In this document: one piece after another, positions 31,112 to 44,343 of the stretch | Numbering within the stretch: position 1 is the first letter of the stretch | Layout: every line of letters begins with the position of its first letter | Source: an uncultured Chloroflexia bacterium | Lineage (GTDB): Bacteria > Chloroflexota > Limnocylindria > Limnocylindrales > CSP1-4 | DNA: 64,000 bases | Assembly (NCBI GenBank): GCA_963748625.1 | Contig: CAVVJT010000010.1 | Span: 160,001 to 224,000 of the forward strand | Direction: 5' to 3' | The notes under the pieces: model-generated | Told to the model about the DNA's origin: nothing | Seen by the model: the letters and a program-made list of their open reading frames with translations, nothing else | Database searches by the model: none | Made by a program: the position numbers and the translations under genes

Positions 31112-31582
31112 TCAGACCTCGCTGGATGCCGCGCCCGGAAACGAGCCATCCGACGCGGCTGCGGCGGCACGGGCCACGAGGGCCCGCTCCGTCTCGAAGG
31201 AGAGGAGCGTCGCGGCCTCGTCGAACCCGATCCAGCGGACCTCGTCGAACTCGTGGTCGTGGCGCCCCAGGTCACCCCCCGTGGGGATCATGAGGAAGTA
31301 GTGGACGGTTTTCTGGATCCTGGTCCTGCCCTGCTGGAAGGCGTAGTGGATGGATTCGAACGGGCGCACGATGCGCACGTCGAGACCGGATTCCTCGCGC
31401 ACCTCGCGCACCGCGGTCTCCTCGGTGGTCTCGGGCGGGTTGGGCGTGCCCTTGGGCAGCGTCCAGGTCATCCCGTCCCGCTCGCGCTTGCGCTTGCCCA
31501 CGACGAGTTGCGGGGACCCCTCGACGAACCGGATGACGATGCCACCGGCCGAGGTGGCGACGGCCTGCTTCAGGCGCGCCAC
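31112..31582 (-). CDS. NUDIX hydrolase
   Basis: SAGGIV, Nudix box LPKG..ETTEETAVREVREESG. Confidence 0.88.
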   Translation of the reverse strand: MARLKQAVATSAGGIVIRFVEGSPQLVVGKRKRERDGMTWTLPKGTPNPPETTEETAVREVREESGLDVRIVRPFESIHYAFQQGRTRIQKTVHYFLMIPTGGDLGRHDHEFDEVRWIGFDEAATLLSFETERALVARAAAAASDGSFPGAASSEV

Positions 31583-31887
31583 GCGGGAGCCACGGTGGGC
31601 TTCAGGGCCGCGGCACCACGCCGGGAGCCTCCCCACGACATGCCCGCGGGGTGCCGCGGGATGCCGCTGGTGACCGGACGCGGCGGGGCGACCACGAGCG
31701 AGCGCCACGATGCGCGCAAGGCGGTGAGGGGTGCGGCATCAGGCCGCCGGACCACGGTCCGATGGACCGGTGCGGCCGTGAACACGGGACCCGCCCCCAG
31801 GCCAAGGCGCCGTTCCCGCGCGCGTGGCGCCGGGTGGACGTACCGGGCATGCCAGAGCGCGTGACGGGCCACGATGCTGTGCTGCAT
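31570..31887 (-). CDS. Hypothetical Arg/Pro-rich protein, probably leaderless
   Basis: TACGAT -10 exactly 6 nt before the ATG; fills the gap and overlaps the NUDIX start. Confidence 0.5.
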   Translation of the reverse strand: MQHSIVARHALWHARYVHPAPRARERRLGLGAGPVFTAAPVHRTVVRRPDAAPLTALRASWRSLVVAPPRPVTSGIPRHPAGMSWGGSRRGAAALKPTVAPAWRA

Positions 31888-31904
31888 GGGCTGATCGTAC
31901 CCCC

Positions 31905-32963
31905 TCAGGCCTTCCCTGCAAGTGCGGTGCGGAGCAGTTCGGCACGTTCCGGTGACAGCGCGCCACGCCGTTGTGCGAGGTCCACCTGGCGCGCCATCAG
32001 GGCCGCGTAGACGGAGCCTGCGCCGGGTGCCGTCACGGCGAGCGCCGCGAGGTGCGCCTCCACCGTGCCGGCGTCCCCGCGCGTGGCCGGACCGGTGAGC
32101 GCCCCCGCGACACCGAGCGCGCGGGCGTTGCCCACGGTCTGCTCCAGGAGCGGCAGGTACACCCGCAAGGCGCCCTCCTCGTCCAGGCCGGCAAGCGCGG
32201 CCAGCTCGCGGATCGTGTCCAGCAGCGCGGTCACGCCGCCGGCCGCCAGCACGGCGGCCGCGTGGTAGGCCGTCTTCGACCCTGGGGCGAGCCTCACCGG
32301 AACACCCCCCACCGCCTCGGCCATGTCAGCCAGGTGGGCCGCGATCTCGTCGTCGCCCTCAATCGCGATCGTGGCTCCGTGGAGCGCGGCGACGGCCCGC
32401 TCGAGGTCCGCGAACGCGACCAGCGGATGGAACGCCCCGGCCTGGGTCCCCGCCGCGAGCGCAGGCTGCAGGACCTCCGGGCCGAGGAGCCCCGAGGTGT
32501 GGACAATCGCCTGCCCCGAGTACAGGCGCAGGCTCGCCGCAAGCGGCGCGACCGCATCGTCGGGCACGGCCAGCACGATCAGCTCGACATCATCCACGAG
32601 TGCCGAGGCCTCGGCGAACCCGCGGGCCCCGGGCACGAGGGACCGGAACCGTTCCCGTCGTCCGGCATCCCGGGATGCGACCGCCCCGATGGGCCAGCCT
32701 GCACGGTGCAGAGCGACACCCAGCGCCGTGCCCACGTGACCCGCCCCCACGATGCCGGTGACCGGGCGCTCGTCACGATCGCCGTGGGCATCGGGTTCCT
32801 CGCCGGCCGCATCGGCGGGTCGGCCGGCCAGGCCCGCGGGGGTGCGCGCCGGGTCCAGGTCGATGCCCTGCGCCTCGATCTCCGCGAGACGGGCTGCGTC
32901 CTCGCCCGCGCGCTCCTCGGCGCGCAGGCGCAGCGCTGCATCGGCCTTGTCCCAGGCTCTCAC
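31905..32963 (-). CDS. Rossmann-like plus DUF2520 oxidoreductase (PanG-like ketopantoate reductase family)
   Basis: GIVGAGHVG, LAVPDD, HTSG, FHPL, YHAAAVLA, LTGPATRGDAGTV; start uncertain. Confidence 0.82.
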   Translation of the reverse strand: MRAWDKADAALRLRAEERAGEDAARLAEIEAQGIDLDPARTPAGLAGRPADAAGEEPDAHGDRDERPVTGIVGAGHVGTALGVALHRAGWPIGAVASRDAGRRERFRSLVPGARGFAEASALVDDVELIVLAVPDDAVAPLAASLRLYSGQAIVHTSGLLGPEVLQPALAAGTQAGAFHPLVAFADLERAVAALHGATIAIEGDDEIAAHLADMAEAVGGVPVRLAPGSKTAYHAAAVLAAGGVTALLDTIRELAALAGLDEEGALRVYLPLLEQTVGNARALGVAGALTGPATRGDAGTVEAHLAALAVTAPGAGSVYAALMARQVDLAQRRGALSPERAELLRTALAGKA

Positions 32964-33078
32964 GGGTTCGGCCGGACTACCGGCCGCTGGTGCGCGGGGT
33001 ATGCTTCCACTCGACGAGTGTAGCGAGCGGTTCGAGGGCGCACCCTCATCGCCCGGTCCCCAGCAGCGGAGATTCGGC

Positions 33079-35754
<2,676 letters not shown>

Positions 35755-35769
35755 CCGGGAGACGTTTCG

Positions 35770-36330
35770 ATGGCAGACGGTGCCGCGCTTCCCCTCGACG
35801 GGATGCGCGTCGTGATCTTCGCGGCCGAGGGGGTCGAGGACCTCGAGTACTGGGTCTCGGTGATGCGGCTACGCGAGGCCGGTGCGACGGTGGCCAGCGC
35901 AGGTGTGTCGCTTGCGCCCGTCCGCGGCAAGAACGCGCTCATGGTCACCCCCGACGTGCTGGTGCGGGACCTGGATCCCGCCGACGTGGACGGCCTCGTG
36001 CTGCCGGGCGGCTGGCTGCCCGACAAGCTGCGCCGATACCGGGAGGTCACCGACCTCATCCGCGCGGTCCACGACGCCGGCAAGCCGATCGGGATCATCT
36101 GCCATGGCGGCTCGCTCGCCATCTCGGCGGGGATCGTCGGCCCCGGCCGGCCGGTCACGGGCTCGCTGGGGATCAAGGATGATCTCGAGAACGCGGGCGG
36201 TCGCTGGGTGGACGAGCCCGCCTTCCGGGACGGCAACCTCGCGTGGGGCCGTGTCGTCGAGGACATCCCGGCGTTCGAGCGGGAGATGGTGGCGCTGTTC
36301 GCCGACCATCACGGGCAGCGCTCCGGCTGA
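35770..36330 (+). CDS. DJ-1/PfpI family protein (type 1 glutamine amidotransferase-like)
   Basis: EDLE, LPGGWLPDKLR, nucleophile elbow ICHG. Confidence 0.88.
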   Translation: MADGAALPLDGMRVVIFAAEGVEDLEYWVSVMRLREAGATVASAGVSLAPVRGKNALMVTPDVLVRDLDPADVDGLVLPGGWLPDKLRRYREVTDLIRAVHDAGKPIGIICHGGSLAISAGIVGPGRPVTGSLGIKDDLENAGGRWVDEPAFRDGNLAWGRVVEDIPAFEREMVALFADHHGQRSG

Positions 36331-36336
36331 CGTACC

Positions 36337-36384
36337 CGCTCCCAGGACGACGCACGCGCTCCCAGGACGACGCACGCGCTCCCA
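36337..36384. repeat. Tandem 20-bp direct repeat (2.4 copies)
   Basis: CGCTCCCAGGACGACGCACG twice plus CGCTCCCA, in the intergenic gap between convergent genes. Confidence 0.85.
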
Positions 36385-36506
36385 ACCGGGGCCCGGACAA
36401 GGACGCGCCCCGCGGGACGGGGAGGAGTGCCGTTCCGCGGGGCTCGCTTGGCTCGGTCATGGGACGCGGGACCCTGGGTGTGTGTGACGCCCCGCGCGGG
36501 CAGTTT

Positions 36507-37697
36507 CTACACGCCCGCCGGCCGACGGCGGTCATGGTCGGCGAGACCCGCGCCCACCACGATCGCGGCCGCCCCCGCGAGGCCGATCAGGCCGGCGCCC
36601 GCCATCGCCAGGGCCAGGCCGGCCGTGTCCGAGATGGCACCCATGAGTGGCGGGTAGACCAATGAGCCCACGATGCCGGCGGTTGCAAGCACCGATGCGA
36701 CCACGTTGGTCCGGTCCGGATAGCGCATGCCGCCGATGGCCATGATCATCGGGTAGACCGGTCCTGCCGCGAACCCCGCGACCGCGAAGCAGGCGACCGC
36801 GAGACCGATGCCGGGCGCGACCAGCGCGGCGAGCACCGCCAGCCCCGACACGGCACACCACGAGGCGGCGAACCGGACGGCGCCCATGCGGTCCGCGATG
36901 AACGAGGACAGCAGCCGTCCAAGTGCCATGCCGCCCCAGTACAGCGAGAGGGCCAGGGTGGCAAGCCCCAGCGATGCCTGGTCCAGGTGGCGCACGACCC
37001 AGCTTGTGACGCCCGCCTCCATGGCGACATAGCACGCGATGGCCACCGAGAGCAGCAGCAGCGGGGCCGGCATGCCCGCGCGCCGCCCGCGCGCCTGGCC
37101 CGCCGGCCGGACCCCGCCCGGTGGCGGCATCGCACGCGTGCCCAGGACGATCGAGACCGGCGCGATGAAGAGGGCGATACCGACCACCACCGTCTGCCAC
37201 GGCACGCCCGCCCCCACGATCTGGCCGATCACGAGCGGCCCGGTCATCCCGCCGACGGACACCCACAGGTGCAGCCGGTTGAGGGCGCCCGCCTCGCGGC
37301 CGCGGAACAGGTCCATGAACAGCGCGTTGACGCCCGAGTCTGCGACACCGAGCCCGCAGCCCATCGCGAGGAAGCCTGCGACGAACAGCGCTGTCGAGCC
37401 GCCGAGGGCCATCGCGAGCATGCCCAGCGCCACGAGCGCCACGCCTGCGCCGAGGAGCAGGTGGCGGTCAAGGTGACGGACCAGCACGCCCACGGCAGTC
37501 GTTCCGGCAATCCACGCGACGCTGAAGGCGAGGTAGACCGCGCCCATCGCGGCGTCCGTGAGTCCGTAGGTCGCCTCGACCTGGCGGATCAGGGTGGGGA
37601 CGAGCAGCATGCCAACCCCGAGGGCGAAGAAGGTCGCGTACCCGGTCCAGACGACGTCGCGCGCCGGCAGGGCGGCGGACGGGCCGCTTGGGCTCAT
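36507..37697 (-). CDS. MFS transporter
   Basis: About 12 hydrophobic helices; GRLLSSFIADRMG motif-A-like loop; GPVYP. Confidence 0.88.
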   Translation of the reverse strand: MSPSGPSAALPARDVVWTGYATFFALGVGMLLVPTLIRQVEATYGLTDAAMGAVYLAFSVAWIAGTTAVGVLVRHLDRHLLLGAGVALVALGMLAMALGGSTALFVAGFLAMGCGLGVADSGVNALFMDLFRGREAGALNRLHLWVSVGGMTGPLVIGQIVGAGVPWQTVVVGIALFIAPVSIVLGTRAMPPPGGVRPAGQARGRRAGMPAPLLLLSVAIACYVAMEAGVTSWVVRHLDQASLGLATLALSLYWGGMALGRLLSSFIADRMGAVRFAASWCAVSGLAVLAALVAPGIGLAVACFAVAGFAAGPVYPMIMAIGGMRYPDRTNVVASVLATAGIVGSLVYPPLMGAISDTAGLALAMAGAGLIGLAGAAAIVVGAGLADHDRRRPAGV

Positions 37698-37831
37698 GGG
37701 GCAGGACTCTCCGGCGACCGGGGCGGATGGAACGTGGCAAGCCTAGCGCGACCGTCCGTGACGGCGTGGCGGTCGGCCGCATCACCCCATCCGGATGGAC
37801 GCAGGGCGCGACGGCGCGTCATCATCGTCAC

Positions 37832-39679
37832 ATGGCCACGAGCGAGGAGACCGACAAGACGAGCGCTGCTGCCGGACCCGGGTCGGATGTGTCCGACCCG
37901 GACGGGTCGAGCGCGCCTGACTCGGACGGGTCGGGGGGGCCCAGGCTGCCGCCGGAACGGCCCCCTGTCGACGTGCGAGCCCTGCTTGCCCACTTCGTCC
38001 CGATCACCTCCTGGCTGCCCGCCTACCCGCGCGAGTGGCTGCGGCCGGACATGATCGCTGCAGCCACCTCCTGGGGTGTCATGGTCCCGGTCGCGCTGGC
38101 CTACGCTGGCCTCGCCGGCGTGCCCCCGGAGCTGGGCCTGGTGACGGCCTTCGCGGCACTCGCCGCCTACGCGGTCTTCGGCACCAGCCGTCACCTCAAG
38201 GTCACCGTCAGCTCCACGATGGCGATCATGTCGGCGTCGGTCGTGGCCGACATCGCAACCGGCGACCCGACCAGCTACGTGGCCCTCACGTCTGCGCTGG
38301 CATTGATGGTGGGGGCGATGCTCCTCGCCGCCGGGATCGCCAAGCTCGGCTTCATCTCGGACTTCCTTGCCAAGTCGGTCGTGACCGGGTTCATCCTCGG
38401 CCTGGCGATCACGATCATCATCGGCCAGATCCCCAAGATCCTCGGCATCCCGGGCCTCACCGGCACCCTCCCAGAGCAGCTGCTCCAGCTGGTCTCGTCG
38501 GTCTCGCAGGCGAACCCCGCGACGGTCGCCGTGGGCGTGACCGCCCTGGTCCTGATCCTGATCCTGCGCAGGATCTCCCGCAAGATCCCCGGGCCGCTCA
38601 TCGCCCTGGTGCTGGGCATCGTCGCCGTCAAGGCCCTCGGGCTCGAGGCGTACGGCGTGAGCGTGGTAGGCGAGGTGGCCACGGGGATGCCCCTGCCATC
38701 CATCCCCGCGATTCCCCTCACCGCCATCCCGGTGCTGGCCCTCGGAGCGATTGGAATCGTGTTCCTCGCGGTCGGCGAGTCCGTCGGGGCGGGTCGTGCC
38801 TACGCCGCTCGCTACCGGTACCCGATCGACGCTGACCAGGAGATGGTCGCCCTCGGCACGGCAAATCTCGCGTCCGGGCTGTTCGGCGGGTTCACGACCG
38901 ATGCCTCCCTGTCCCAGACGGCGACCGCGGATTCGGCCGGGGCGAAATCCCAGCTCTCGTCGCTGATCACGTCGGGGCTGGTGCTCGCCACGGCCCTCGT
39001 GCTGGCGCCGCTGTTCGCCGACCTGCCCAACGCCGTCCTGGGCGCGATCGTGATCGCCGCGGTGCTGGGCCTCATGGACATCGCGGAGATGCGCCGCTAC
39101 TGGGCGTGGCGCCGCACGGACTTCCTGATCGCCCTCACGGCCATGATCGGGGTGCTGCTGACGACGGTCCTCGCCGGGATGGTGATTGCGGTGATCCTCT
39201 CGGTCGCCTTCGTGCTGTACCGCGCCAGCCGTCCGTACATCGCGGCGCTGGGGCGCATGCCGGGCCAGCGCAGCACGTACGGCGATCTCTCACGCCACCC
39301 GGACGCCACGCCGGTCGAGGGCCTCGTGATCGTCCGCATCGACGCGCCGCTGTACTTCTTCAACGCGAATGTCGCGCAGGCCCAGATCATGGAGCTCATC
39401 TCCGCAACCATCCCGCCCCCGCGGGCCGTGCTGCTGGACCTGGGCGCGACCGCCGACCTCGACGTCACCACCGGGGACATGCTGGCCGTGCTCCTCGACG
39501 ACCTCCAGGTGCACGGAGTCGAGCTCCTGCTCGCCCAGGTCAAGGGTCCCGTTCGGGACCGGCTGCACCGCACCGGCCTGATGGCCCGCATCGGCGAGGA
39601 GAACGTCTACCTCTCCATCCCGGCCGGCGTGGCAGCGTACCGTGCCGCCCATCCCGACGACGCGACCGACGGGCTATAG
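37832..39679 (+). CDS. SulP/SLC26 anion permease with STAS domain
   Basis: VPVALAYAGLAGVPP, FGTSRHL, DQEMVALG, RIDAPLYFFNA STAS region. Confidence 0.92.
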   Translation: MATSEETDKTSAAAGPGSDVSDPDGSSAPDSDGSGGPRLPPERPPVDVRALLAHFVPITSWLPAYPREWLRPDMIAAATSWGVMVPVALAYAGLAGVPPELGLVTAFAALAAYAVFGTSRHLKVTVSSTMAIMSASVVADIATGDPTSYVALTSALALMVGAMLLAAGIAKLGFISDFLAKSVVTGFILGLAITIIIGQIPKILGIPGLTGTLPEQLLQLVSSVSQANPATVAVGVTALVLILILRRISRKIPGPLIALVLGIVAVKALGLEAYGVSVVGEVATGMPLPSIPAIPLTAIPVLALGAIGIVFLAVGESVGAGRAYAARYRYPIDADQEMVALGTANLASGLFGGFTTDASLSQTATADSAGAKSQLSSLITSGLVLATALVLAPLFADLPNAVLGAIVIAAVLGLMDIAEMRRYWAWRRTDFLIALTAMIGVLLTTVLAGMVIAVILSVAFVLYRASRPYIAALGRMPGQRSTYGDLSRHPDATPVEGLVIVRIDAPLYFFNANVAQAQIMELISATIPPPRAVLLDLGATADLDVTTGDMLAVLLDDLQVHGVELLLAQVKGPVRDRLHRTGLMARIGEENVYLSIPAGVAAYRAAHPDDATDGL

Positions 39680-39682
39680 CAA

Positions 39683-39710
39683 AGGGGCGGGAGCCGAAGC
39701 CGCCGCCCCT
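39683..39710. terminator. Intrinsic terminator between sulP and tRNA-Val
   Basis: AGGGGCGG...CCGCCCCT stem, followed by TTT on the minus strand. Confidence 0.6.
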
Positions 39711-39723
39711 GGTGCGATCGAGG

Positions 39724-39800
<77 letters not shown>

Positions 39801-39894
39801 GGAATCCCCGAAGGGAGCAGCATTCTACCCTGCTCCGCACGATCCCGGCGCGGCCATGTTCAGGCACGTCGCCAGCCGGTGGTGAGGCCTCCGG

Positions 39895-40167
39895 TCAGCC
39901 GCCGAGACCCGGCCAGCGCTCGGCTGGCAGCCCCGGCTCCACGCCGTCCACCTTGATCACCTTCGTGCGGCCGGTGTCGCCGGCCACGATCGTGACGGCT
40001 CGCCTGGCCACGCCGAGCTCGCCCGCCAGCAGCCCCACCAGGGCCTTGTTCGCGGCCCCCTCCACGGGGGCTGCCGCGACGCGGACCCGGAGGACGCCGT
40101 CCGTCACGCCGTCAACGTGGTCCCGTCCGCCGCGCGGCGTCAACCGGACCATGAAGCGCGCGGCCAT
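39895..40167 (-). CDS. DUF167 (YggU family) protein
   Basis: VRLTPRGGRD, VAAAPVEGAANKAL, GDTGRTK. Confidence 0.85.
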   Translation of the reverse strand: MAARFMVRLTPRGGRDHVDGVTDGVLRVRVAAAPVEGAANKALVGLLAGELGVARRAVTIVAGDTGRTKVIKVDGVEPGLPAERWPGLGG

Positions 40168-40172
40168 CCCGC

Positions 40173-40421
40173 TCAGCGCAGGAGGGCGCGCCAGACCACG
40201 CCCAGCACGACGAGCACCAGGAGGGTCGAGAAGTCGAACATGCCGTTCGACGGCAGGAAGCGCCGTACCGGGGCCAGGAGCGGCTCGGTGAGGGCGATGA
40301 TCATCTGCGAGGCACGCGAGCCGCCGCGCGGATCCACCCACGAGAGCATGATCCGGGCGAAGACGAGCAGCCAGAGCAACGCGATGAAGATGCCTGCAAA
40401 GGTCTGCGCGAACGTGCCCAC
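40173..40421 (-). CDS. yggT: YggT family membrane protein
   Basis: RIMLSWV, LTEPLLAPVRRFLP, FDFS. Confidence 0.88.
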   Translation of the reverse strand: MGTFAQTFAGIFIALLWLLVFARIMLSWVDPRGGSRASQMIIALTEPLLAPVRRFLPSNGMFDFSTLLVLVVLGVVWRALLR

Positions 40422-40464
40422 GGCGGGAGTCTAGCAGCGGCGCCCGGATCGTCAGGGGCGTTGG

Positions 40465-41199
40465 TCAGGCTGGGTCTTCGAGGGCCGGTCGCGAGCCGAA
40501 GATCGCCCGCCCGACCCGCACGATGGTGGCGCCCTCCTCAACGGCGACCTCGAAGTCGTCGGTCATGCCCATCGAGAGGGCGGCGCCGAGCGTCGGGTGG
40601 TCCGTCCGCAGGTCCGCCGCCAGCTCGCGCAGCGCGCGGAAGGCGGGCCTCGCCTCCTCTGCCGTGGGGACCAGGCGGCCGATCGTCATCAGCCCGTCAA
40701 TGCGGAGCGCATGCATCGCGAGCAGCTCCGGGAGCATCATGCGCACGCTGGCAGCGTCGAACCCGGCCTTGGCAGGGTCATCGGCAACGTTGACCTGGAG
40801 GAGGACCGGCAGCGGCCGGCCTGGCCGCACCTCTGCTGCGATCCGGTCCAGGCGCCGCGCGAGATCCAGCAAATCGACGGCCTGGATGACGTCGAACAGC
40901 TCGACCGCCCGCCGGGCCTTGTTCGCCTGGAGTGGGCCGATCAGGTGCCACGCGGCGCCAGTCACCGTCGGGATCTTGGCGGCGCCCTCCTGGACCCGGT
41001 TCTCACCCAGGACCGTCAGGCCGGCGGCCACCGCCTGCCGGATGCGCAACGCCTCAACGGTCTTGCTCACGGCGACCAGCGTCACCGCGTCAGGATCCCG
41101 GCCCGCCCTGGTCGCAGCGCGGGCGATCCGGTCCACGATCGCCGCCCGGACACATGCGAACGCCTCGACCGCGGCTGGATCGAGGCGTTCATCAAGCAT
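40465..41199 (-). CDS. yggS: PLP homeostasis protein YggS
   Basis: VAVSKT, GENRVQE, WHLIGPLQANK, LSMGMTDDF, VRVGRAIFG. Confidence 0.93.
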   Translation of the reverse strand: MLDERLDPAAVEAFACVRAAIVDRIARAATRAGRDPDAVTLVAVSKTVEALRIRQAVAAGLTVLGENRVQEGAAKIPTVTGAAWHLIGPLQANKARRAVELFDVIQAVDLLDLARRLDRIAAEVRPGRPLPVLLQVNVADDPAKAGFDAASVRMMLPELLAMHALRIDGLMTIGRLVPTAEEARPAFRALRELAADLRTDHPTLGAALSMGMTDDFEVAVEEGATIVRVGRAIFGSRPALEDPA

Positions 41200-41232
41200 C
41201 GGGGCGGACCCGCCGGACACGCGGGATCGGGT

Positions 41233-42468
41233 CTACTTGTTGCGGCGCAGGAAGCTCGGGATCTCGAGATTGTCCGCGTCGTAGTCGCCAGCCTTGCGTT
41301 GAGCGGGCGCGGGCGCGGGCGTCGCGGAACGCGGCGCGGGCGCGGCGACCGGCTCGTCAAGACCGCGGGCCATCGGCACATCCTCCATCGGGACCTGGCG
41401 GCGCTCCGCCTCCAGCGTGTCGATGAAGCTGCGGCTCGCTGCGGCGACCGGCGTGCTGCGGACGGACGAGGCACCACGATCGCGCTCGGCCGAGGTGGAA
41501 CGTGCGTCGACCCGGCGGCGGCCGTCGAAGCCGGTGGCGATGACCGTGATCATCACCTCTTCGCCGAGGCGCTCGTTGAAGCTGGTGCCGAAGATGATGT
41601 TCGCCTCCGGGTCTGCGGCCGCCCGGATCTCCTCGGCGGCCTCGGTCACCTCCCAGAGGGTGAGGTTCTGCGAGCCCGTGATGTTGAACAGGATGCCCTG
41701 CGCGCCCGAGATGTTGATCTCGAGGAGCGGGCTGGCGATGGCCTGGCGTGCCGCTTCGAGGGCACGGTTCTCGCCGGTGGCGCGACCGATGCCCATGAGC
41801 GCCGATCCCGCGTCCTTCATGATCGTGCGGACGTCGGCGAAGTCGAGGTTGATCAGGCCCGGGACCGTGATGATGTCGCTGATGCCCGCGACGCCCTGGC
41901 GCAGCACGTCATCGACCACGCGGAACGCATCCACGATGGTGGCGTTCTTGGGGACCACATCCTTGAGGCGGTCGTTGGGGATCGTGATCAGCGTGTCGAC
42001 CTTGGCCTTGAGCTCCTCAGCGGCCTTCTCCGCGATGAGCTTGCGCCGCTGGCCCTCGAAGCTGAAGGGCTTGGTCACGACACCGATGGTCAGCGCGCCG
42101 GACTCCTTGGCGATCTCGGCAACGACCGGGGCCGCGCCCGAGCCGGTGCCGCCGCCGAGGCCCGCGGTGATGAAGACCATGTCCAATTCCGCGAGGGCAT
42201 CGGAGATCTTGTCCCGGTCCTCCTCGGCAGCGCGCTGGCCCACCGTCGCGTCACCGCCCGCGCCGAGGCCACGGGTGACCTTGTCGCCGATGCGGATCTT
42301 GTGCGGGGCATCCGACTGCAGCAGTGCCTGGGCGTCCGTGTTGCAGGCGATGAACTCGACGCCCATCATCTCGGCCCGGATCATCCGGTTGACGGCGTTG
42401 CTGCCGCCGCCGCCCACGCCGATGACGCGGATCAGGGCGAAGTTCTCGGAGTCGGAACGCAGCGGCAT
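41233..42468 (-). CDS. ftsZ: Cell division protein FtsZ
   Basis: [18 protein letters not shown] tubulin motif, NLDFADV, C-terminal LEIPSFLR. Confidence 0.97.
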   Translation of the reverse strand: MPLRSDSENFALIRVIGVGGGGSNAVNRMIRAEMMGVEFIACNTDAQALLQSDAPHKIRIGDKVTRGLGAGGDATVGQRAAEEDRDKISDALAELDMVFITAGLGGGTGSGAAPVVAEIAKESGALTIGVVTKPFSFEGQRRKLIAEKAAEELKAKVDTLITIPNDRLKDVVPKNATIVDAFRVVDDVLRQGVAGISDIITVPGLINLDFADVRTIMKDAGSALMGIGRATGENRALEAARQAIASPLLEINISGAQGILFNITGSQNLTLWEVTEAAEEIRAAADPEANIIFGTSFNERLGEEVMITVIATGFDGRRRVDARSTSAERDRGASSVRSTPVAAASRSFIDTLEAERRQVPMEDVPMARGLDEPVAAPAPRSATPAPAPAQRKAGDYDADNLEIPSFLRRNK

Positions 42469-42665
42469 CGACGCTCTCCTTGGATGCGCTGGGGGGGAAT
42501 GGCGGTTGGATGCTGCCGGGTGCATCGCCGGGCCGGCACCCGGATGGAATTCGCGTGAAGCGGGTCCTGCAGTATGCCCCGTGCGGCTCGCACCCGTCCA
42601 CCCCGTTGCGCCCGGGCACCATTCGGGCATTCGCCCTATCGAGGCCAGCGACCCGGCTCGCCGGC

Positions 42666-43079
42666 TCAGCCGGCCAGGAATGACAGCCGCACCTTGCGGG
42701 TGGCGTTGTCCTCGTTGGGGTCCAGCAGCGTGATCGACTGCCAGGTGCCAAGGGTGAGCCGCCCGGCGATCACGGGGACGGACAGCGACGGTGATGCCAG
42801 CAGCGGCAGCACGTGATCCGCGCCGTGGCCGGGCGAGCCGTGGCGATGGCGCCAGCGGTCGTCGCGCGGCAGGAGGCGGTCGAGGGCCGCCATGGCGTCC
42901 TCCTCGGATCCCGCGTTGAGCTCGAGGACCACGACCCCCGCGGTCGCATGCGGGACGAAGACGTGCAGGAGGCCGTCCCCGCCCTTCGAGGCCTCGGCGG
43001 CGAAGCGGGCGCAGGCAGGCGTCAGGTCGGTGAAGCCGCGATCGCGGCCGGTGCGGACCTCGAGCTCGAGCGACAGCAC
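42666..43079 (-). CDS. YjbQ (UPF0047) family protein
   Basis: [27 protein letters not shown]. Confidence 0.85.
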   Translation of the reverse strand: MLSLELEVRTGRDRGFTDLTPACARFAAEASKGGDGLLHVFVPHATAGVVVLELNAGSEEDAMAALDRLLPRDDRWRHRHGSPGHGADHVLPLLASPSLSVPVIAGRLTLGTWQSITLLDPNEDNATRKVRLSFLAG

Positions 43080-43101
43080 GGGACGGGTGGCGCCGGGCGG
43101 G

Positions 43102-44328
43102 CTACGGGAAGATCGAGCGGAGTGCGGAGCGGATGCGGCCGAGGCCGCCGCCACCGGGCTCGGTCTCGTACACCTGCTCGCCCTCCGCGATCGCCTGGGC
43201 GCCCCACCGGAGCAGGCCGATCGCCGTGGCATACGACGGATCCTGGATGGTGTCCACCAGGCCGCCGATGCCCTGCGGGCCACTCACCCGGACCGGGACC
43301 TGCAGCACCTCGCGTCCGAGCTCCGCGATGCCCGCCAGCTGGGACGCGCCGCCGGTGAGGATGATGCCCGCGGGCAGGATCCCCTTGCCGCTGCGCAGCA
43401 TCTCGCCCCGCAGCAGCTCGAAGGTCTCGCGCATCCGGGCGTCGATGATCTCGCACAGCTCCAGCCGGCTCACGGTACGGCCGGCGTCCTCGCCGAGACC
43501 CGCGACCGGGATCTCGTCGTCCACCACGCGTGAGAGGTCGCAGCTGCCGTAGCGGATCTTGAGCTCCTCGGCGGCCGCGGGGTGGGTGCGCACGCCGATG
43601 GCGATGTCGCTGGTGACGTTGTTGCCCCCGACCGGCAGGACGGCGGTGTGGTACGGCGAGCCCTCGTCGAACATGACGAGGTCGATCGTGCCGGCGCCGA
43701 TGTCGGCGACGGCGACCCCCTGCTCCTTCTCGACGTCCATCAGGACGGCCTCGGCCGAGGCGAGGCCGTTGACGACCAGCTCGTCGATCTTGACGCCGGC
43801 CTGCTGCACGCACTTGGTCAGGTTCTGGACCGCGGTGGCGGACGCCGTGACGATGTGCGCCTCCACCTCGAGGCGCAGGGCGCTCATGCCCAGCGGGTCC
43901 TTCACACCCTCCTGGCCGTCCACCGTGAAGCCCCGGCGCTCGACGTGGAGCACGTCCCGGTTGTTGGGGATGGAGACGGCGCGCGCGACCTCGATCGCGC
44001 GGTTGATGTCCTCGCGGGTGACCTCGCGGTGGTGCGCGGTCACGGCGACCTGGCCCGTGGAGTTCATGCTCTCCACCTGCTGGCCGCCGACGCCCACGAA
44101 GCCGCGGTCGATCTTCCAGCCGGACAGGCGCTCGCTGCGCTCGACGGCGTCCGCGATGGAGCGCACCGTCTGGTCGATGTTGACCACGACACCGCGCTTG
44201 AGCCCGGTCGTGGGCACCGTGCCGTGGCCCATGATCGTCAGGCGGCCGTCGCGGCTGACCTCGCCGATCAGTGCGCAGACCTTGGACGTGCCGACGTCGA
44301 TGCCGACCAGGACCGCTTCCCGTTCCAC
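43102..44328 (-). CDS. ftsA: Cell division protein FtsA
   Basis: IDVGTSKV, VDGQEGVKDPLGM, DIGAGT, LTGGASQL, YATAIGL. Confidence 0.95.
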   Translation of the reverse strand: MEREAVLVGIDVGTSKVCALIGEVSRDGRLTIMGHGTVPTTGLKRGVVVNIDQTVRSIADAVERSERLSGWKIDRGFVGVGGQQVESMNSTGQVAVTAHHREVTREDINRAIEVARAVSIPNNRDVLHVERRGFTVDGQEGVKDPLGMSALRLEVEAHIVTASATAVQNLTKCVQQAGVKIDELVVNGLASAEAVLMDVEKEQGVAVADIGAGTIDLVMFDEGSPYHTAVLPVGGNNVTSDIAIGVRTHPAAAEELKIRYGSCDLSRVVDDEIPVAGLGEDAGRTVSRLELCEIIDARMRETFELLRGEMLRSGKGILPAGIILTGGASQLAGIAELGREVLQVPVRVSGPQGIGGLVDTIQDPSYATAIGLLRWGAQAIAEGEQVYETEPGGGGLGRIRSALRSIFP

Positions 44329-44343
44329 CTGTGGTTCGTCCCC

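Noticed and set aside
23124-31301. Long plus-strand ORFs (972, 938 and 992 aa)
   Set aside because: Antisense shadows of oppA, sigma and gcv genes with no recognisable motifs; the same applies to most other track ORFs, e.g. 33046..35295
36337-36384. CRISPR array
   Set aside because: Adjacent 20-bp copies without spacers and no cas genes
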